Source of the DNA: a virus
Taxonomy: Duplodnaviria; Caudoviricetes
Length of the DNA: 64,000 bases
Virus record (IMG/VR): IMGVR_UViG_2595698293_000001
Coordinates: 160,001-224,000 of that record
Strand: one strand, 5' to 3'
Shown here: in pieces, positions 58,593-64,000 of the stretch
How the letters are laid out: each line of letters begins with the position of its first letter
Numbering within the stretch: position 1 is the stretch's first letter
Position numbers and translations under genes: made by a program
The notes under the pieces: generated by a model
Databases searched by the model: none
What the model was told of the DNA's origin: nothing
The model's input: only the letters and a program-made list of their open reading frames with translations

Positions 58593-61367
58593 ATGTTAGA
58601 CTTTATGCTAAAAAGTGAACTATCTCATACTATTGGATATAGTATTGCAGTACTGATCGTATTCAGCTTTCTGTTTGAAAAAATCAATTGGCTATTCAAA
58701 ACCAATATCTATAAAAAGTATTATAAAGTTAAAAGTTTTGACAGACAATTCTTTTTGGGTGTAATGTATACATTAACATTATATTGTAGTGTATTTGAAA
58801 TTGGATTTGTACTGGCTGATTCACCATTAACATTATATCTTTCATTGTATACACTTTTTGTTATACCATTTTCTTTGTATATTTTTTGTACTAAAGTGTT
58901 CGATAAAATTATTGAATTCCGAAATAAACTACCAGACTGATATGGAGTAATATAAATGATTGAGTTTATATTCAAAAGTGATTTCGCATATAGCGTTGGG
59001 TATTGTATCTTTATTGCTATTATTTTTAATTACTTATTTGAGAAAATTAACCATTATTTTAAGACAAATATTTACAAAAAGTATTATACAAACAAGAGCA
59101 GTAAAAGAAAAAACATTGAATTCACTCTGTATATTAGTACTATATACCTGGTAACAATTGAACTTCCTTCAGTACTAACTGATAAAAATGTAACAATGCT
59201 ATTTTGTGTATATAGTGCAGTGATTATCTTCTTTTGGGTATATTATTCAATCCAGGCATTGAATCGAAAATTAACTGAATTCCATAATAAACTACCGGAT
59301 TAATTAAAAATGAATGAATTTCTACGAAGTGAACTATTGTGTTCAGTACTACAATGCTTTTTGTTGTTATTCATTGTGTACCATTTGTATATTTTAGTAC
59401 TATGGTACTTTAAACGTAAATCGTATTTGACATTATGGCAAAACAATAAGTTAGCAGTTCCATTTCTTACTACTACAACAATAGCTTATGCTCTTTCCGG
59501 GATTTTCCTGTTTCCGGTAGATGATCCTGTAATGCAAGAAAGTGGGATAGCAATTGCAAATCTTATTAGATCATTGTTCATTAGTGCATGGTTTTTCTTT
59601 GTATTAATCAGGTACTTAGTGCGTTTACGTACTAAAATCGAAGGGGCATTCTAAAATGATGGAGTACATTAATCTGTTTGATACATCATTTGTTATAGTT
59701 AGTACTTATTATATTTGTAGTACTATATTCTACTTTCTGATGTGGTTCTTTAAACGTAAACTGGATAACTTCATTAAGCAATATTCGTTACAACTGGTAT
59801 TACAATTGTATTACTGGATTGGATTTGGTTTAATGTATTTGCATTACTATTTTGTATTATATAATATCCGTGAAAATAATACATTTATGCTTTATATGCT
59901 ACAAATTATCGGTACTACAATCTATGTAGGTTATCTAATGTCGATTGTACTGTCAAAATTAAGAAACAAAATCCCTGATATGAGGAATTAAAAAATGACA
60001 TATATTTTTATTGCATTAGCAATGTATTACTGGATTTCGTGGACTGGATATCTCTTTGCATTAAAATCTTTTGATTATTTCAGTGCTTCATGTAAAGAAA
60101 TTGGGGGATGGCATGTAATGGCAACTTCGTCAGTAACATACTGTGCTTATGAAAGTATTACTGATAAAACATTCAATGATTTGGTATTGAGTACAGTACT
60201 GATGTATTTGTGGGGTTTTGCATTCATTGTTCATATTTCACCTTTAATTAGAGATAAAATTGTAAAATTTCATAATAAACAAAAGGAAAAGCGTACATGA
60301 TCATTACATTAAATTTACTGACATTTTTTAGTGTATTAACGTGTTTAATCTTTATTGGAAAATTCTTTTGTGTTAAAATAGCAGAAAAGATTTATGATTC
60401 ATGGGAAAACGAAATGTCTTTATGGGTTCCTATATTCTGGACTGTTAGTAATGTATTTTTAATTCCAGCCTGGATTGGTGCAACAAAGGAAATCTTCCCA
60501 CTTTTTTTATTCAGTGCAATGTTCAGTGCTGGTTTTTGTTTTATGTATATGGCATTTGAATTGATTGTTGTACTAAATGCTGTATTAGTACCTGCATTAA
60601 AGAATGTGCATGTAAAAATTAAACTCAAGAAATCACAGGGCAAATTATGACTTACAGAGATTATTTTTGTATATTCGAAGTACTGGTTTTCACTTCAGGT
60701 AGTTTAGTATTGTTATTGCATTATTTTTGTGTTGAGCCTTTTTACAAATTATTAAAACCAAAAACCGAAATGGGTGTATTTTGTTTATTTCAGTTTTTGT
60801 ATTACTATTTTCTGTCTATTCTTTCTGTTGTTGTAGAAGTAATTTTCGGAGGATTTGTTAATGCAGACAAAATGCCGTCATACGAGTTGTTTACAATCTT
60901 CAATGTACTTATGATTGCTTTAATTGTGTTCGTATCAATCCTTGCTGGAATTTACAAATTTTTTGTATTCCTTGGCAACAAACACAATGATATAGTACTA
61001 AAACGAAAAGGAACACTGACAGATGAACGTAATTGAAATAATTGTAGTTGCATACCATATTTTAGCAGTACTTCTTATTTTATCTGTTCTCGTGGATTAT
61101 GCATTAGGATTTGATAAACTTAAATTTATCTATCAGTACTTTGATGATAATTTCGACAGTGATAATCCAGTACACGTATTTCTTGGATTAGAATTTATGT
61201 GCTTAATTCTTGTACTGTTTATTCCCATTATCGGTACTGGAACATCTCTTTTCTTCATTACTGCAATTACATTATTGTACTTCGTAGTAATAGTTCTTAT
61301 TTTAGTACTATATTCTGTTGCATATGGAATAGAAAAAATTAGAAATAAACGCCTAACAAAAAAATAA
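58593..61367 (+). other. tandem array of eight ~100-130 aa membrane proteins
   Basis: Each has ~3 hydrophobic segments and a basic tail; first two share FEKIN..FKTNIYKKYY and EFxNKLPD. Confidence 0.7.
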
Positions 61368-61439
61368 AAAATAGTTCCTGAACTTGACAATGCTGGATTT
61401 TTTATATATAATAACATAATAAAATAATAGAGGCACAAA

Positions 61440-62036
61440 ATGAAACGCATAACTCGCATAACTCGCAGCAAAAATGTGATCAGGGATAGATTTCGCAAGG
61501 TAAACATTATTAAGTACAGTACTATTGCATTAGCATTAAGTACTACATTTGTACTCACTGCATGTGATGAACCAACAAATGTAGACGTATACAAATCATT
61601 AGAACAATGTAAAACTTCTGGAAAAAATCCAGCACAATGCGAAGAAGATTACAAAAATGCACTAAAGCAAAGTGTCAGTACTGCACCGCATTACAAATCA
61701 CAAAGCGAATGCTACGCAGACTTTGATACAGTATGCCAGGAAGGTCATTACAGTACTGGTGGTATGTTCTTCTATCCTATGATGACAGGATTCCATAGTT
61801 CAGGACAAGGATATCATTCACAACCTTTATATAGTCATAAAGGTAATTACGTTGATGCTGGTGGAAATAATTACGGATCAACTTACAGTACCACTACTAA
61901 CAGAACTGTACCAAGATCCGGTCTGACACAAAAAGCACCAACCAGTACTATAACCAGAAGTGGATTTGGTAGTACTGTTTCAAGTCGTAGCTTTTCAAGT
62001 TCTCATAGTTCATCAAGCCATTCATTTGGTGGTTAA
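61440..62036 (+). CDS. DUF1190 (YgiB-like) lipoprotein
   Basis: Lipobox LTAC, Y.S..QC, APHY....C..DF, TITRSGFG, terminal SFGG. Confidence 0.8.
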   Translation: MKRITRITRSKNVIRDRFRKVNIIKYSTIALALSTTFVLTACDEPTNVDVYKSLEQCKTSGKNPAQCEEDYKNALKQSVSTAPHYKSQSECYADFDTVCQEGHYSTGGMFFYPMMTGFHSSGQGYHSQPLYSHKGNYVDAGGNNYGSTYSTTTNRTVPRSGLTQKAPTSTITRSGFGSTVSSRSFSSSHSSSSHSFGG

Positions 62037-62053
62037 ACAACAAAGGAAAATAA

Positions 62054-62686
62054 ATGAAATATTCTAGCCTGAATCTTTATAATAATCCAGCAGTCGCTAC
62101 TCATGCAATCACTGGTACTATCAATGATTCTTCTTATAAAGAATTCCGTGAGTTCATCAAGGCAGTACTGGAAAATAATCAGAAAATCTCCGACGAAGAA
62201 CGTATTCATAAAGAAAAGGAAGAATTTAATAAAATTCATAACCCAGAAGCTAAACCAGAATTCTTTAGCCCTAAAACTAAAGTACAACGTATTAATCTTA
62301 TCGTAGATTCATATGGTGGTCAATGTTCTTCTATGACCAGTATTGTTGCACTAATGAATAGTTCTCCTATTCCTATTGATACATATTGCTTCGGTGCTGC
62401 TATGTCAGCAGGATTTATGATTTTTATTCATGGAAAAAATCGTTATGTAGGTAATGCAGCAGACCTTATGATGCATAGTTTAAGTACTGGTGTATATGAT
62501 CACGCACCTGGTATTAAATCAAAAGCCGAACACCTTCTGAAAATTAATACAGTCTATCAACAAATGGTAGCAAATAAAACTGGTCTTACAATGGAATGGC
62601 TTAAAGAGCACGAAGAAAAGGATATGCACTTCCTTGCAGATGATTGTATTGAATACAAAATTGCAGATGCAATCATTGAGGAATAA
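62054..62686 (+). CDS. ClpP-like serine protease
   Basis: INLIVDSYGG, TYCFGAAMSAG, LMMH, D..F.A.....Y.IAD.I. Confidence 0.85.
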   Translation: MKYSSLNLYNNPAVATHAITGTINDSSYKEFREFIKAVLENNQKISDEERIHKEKEEFNKIHNPEAKPEFFSPKTKVQRINLIVDSYGGQCSSMTSIVALMNSSPIPIDTYCFGAAMSAGFMIFIHGKNRYVGNAADLMMHSLSTGVYDHAPGIKSKAEHLLKINTVYQQMVANKTGLTMEWLKEHEEKDMHFLADDCIEYKIADAIIEE

Positions 62687-63417
62687 TATATGACAATATT
62701 ATTCAGTACTAAAGATCCGGTAGGCGATTCTAGTAATGTAGTTAGTAACTTCTACAATCATGTTCGTCGTAAGACACATCATGGTTCATGGGGTGCTGAT
62801 AAACATGCACGTAAGCTATTCCCGAGGGGAAAGGCGTATGATCGTCTGTTTGAATTACAATTGGATTGTTGGAAAAACCGCTACGATTATTTCTAAGAGA
62901 ATACTATGACTCCAGACCAATCACGTGAGGTGGAAGAAGCCAGTACATTGTTTAGTCAATCCAGTAGTGATATCACATCACCATATACTGGCCTCGCCAA
63001 ACATTATATGCGAGGTTTAGAATCTATTCATCGCATTTATAATGAGCGGGACTGGTTTGATTCTGCTTCAATTGATGATGTTGAATACATTAAAAACATG
63101 TGCAAGTACTATGAAGATAACAAAGAGTTTTATGATAATATTGGTTATCACGACCACGATTATAATACAGTATTTGAGATTGTCGATATTCATAACTTAG
63201 CACATAAAAACGCAATTAAAAGTATGATGAACGTTTACAAAATGGCATACAATGAGTTTCATCGCACACACTATCCAAACGAACCCGATGTGATATACGC
63301 CGGAACCGTTCTCAAGAAAATGGAAGAAATATTTCCAGAACTATTCTAAAATAAAGGGTTGACTTCGGTCAACCTTTTTGCTATTATAACAGTACTATAT
63401 CAAAGAGGTAATTAATA

Positions 63418-64000
63418 ATGAAAAAAGTCAAAAAATTATACAAAGATTGGTACAACAAAATTAAACAACAACATTTAACAGAAAAACGTAACCCACAATA
63501 TACCTATGTGTTTAACTGGACTTTCAAATCTTCTGATAGTATGAAAAAGATTAAACCAGGTGATACATTCAAAACTGCTAAAGTACTAAAAGTATTTCTC
63601 AGAGCCAATAATATCTATCTCAATGAAGTAGGATGGAATAATAGAGGAAAAATTACCTGTACTAATAAAATTAAATCAGCTACCTTTGATGTATATATTA
63701 AAGATATTCCGTGCTCAATTATGATTAGTAAATTTTTTGGGGTATCTATAATCACCAATTATCATAAACATAAAAAAAATAATACATTAGAAAATTGCAT
63801 TGCATATAATGCACTGAATGATATCTTTGTACAGGATCGTCAAAAACATAAAGAATTAAACATCGATTACAATAACTTAACAGAAGAAGAAATATTTCAA
63901 CTAAGTACAGTACTTGATATCGATTTCTATAAAACCATCAAAAATATAGGAACAGAACTGTACAACACACAAAACCTAAACTGCAATAAACTCGTAGCAG
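63418..64000 (+). CDS. partial (3' truncated) FQxST-motif family protein
   Basis: ATG 63418 with GAGG SD; NLTEEEIFQLSTVLDI in frame. Confidence 0.65.
   Translation, partial: MKKVKKLYKDWYNKIKQQHLTEKRNPQYTYVFNWTFKSSDSMKKIKPGDTFKTAKVLKVFLRANNIYLNEVGWNNRGKITCTNKIKSATFDVYIKDIPCSIMISKFFGVSIITNYHKHKKNNTLENCIAYNALNDIFVQDRQKHKELNIDYNNLTEEEIFQLSTVLDIDFYKTIKNIGTELYNTQNLNCNKLVA

Larger units (their letters stand above)
42000..63387 (+). repeat. dispersed terminator/promoter hairpin cassette, 13 copies (TTGA at 42007, 42398, 45403, 45866, 47739, 50243, 51900, 52967, 54971, 55315, 55974, 57321, 63359)
   Basis: Consensus AAAAGGGTTGAC-NNNN-GTCARCCCTTTTTGYTATWAT. Confidence 0.85.

Noticed and set aside
22890-61466. 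Short in-frame tandem duplications (15 bp near 22890, 30 bp near 35861, 9 bp near 61446)
   Set aside because: Two-copy slippage events with no sign of a system
42000-63387. CRISPR array or REP/IS interpretation of the GGGTTGAC repeats
   Set aside because: Copies are hundreds to thousands of bp apart with genes between them; no cas or transposase gene; better explained as terminator/promoter cassettes

Overview
AT-rich (roughly 30% GC by eye), gene-dense segment of a large lytic phage genome. The gene content suggests a jumbo myovirus of gammaproteobacteria; RaK2/GAP32-like affinity is only an inference. Essentially all credible genes are on the + strand, and most are short hypothetical ORFs behind sigma70-type promoters. 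Recognisable products: NADAR-like protein, two Pth2-type peptidyl-tRNA hydrolases, C5 DNA methyltransferase, HNH and Zn-repeat/GIY-YIG-like endonucleases, Ntn/proteasome-like protein, sigma70-family factor, DksA/TraR zinc finger, non-specific nuclease, DenV, AAA ATPase, DUF1190 lipoprotein and ClpP-like protease. The 15.7-22.1 kb region is a tRNA island with 7 good tRNAs plus degenerate ones. It is interleaved with many non-tRNA structured RNAs, several of which keep only a tRNA-like acceptor+T-arm helix and a 3' ACCA. A second tRNA-mimic cluster lies at 34.6-35.8 kb and a ~600-nt structured non-coding block follows the sigma gene. Window-wide signals: strong over-representation of the palindrome AGTACT, ~18 dispersed proteins sharing a C-terminal (E/D)xxFQxS(T/L) motif, and 13 copies of a fused terminator/promoter hairpin cassette. 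All structures and motif calls were made by eye; no searches or folding were run. The many unlisted + strand ORFs are hypothetical proteins I cannot assign.
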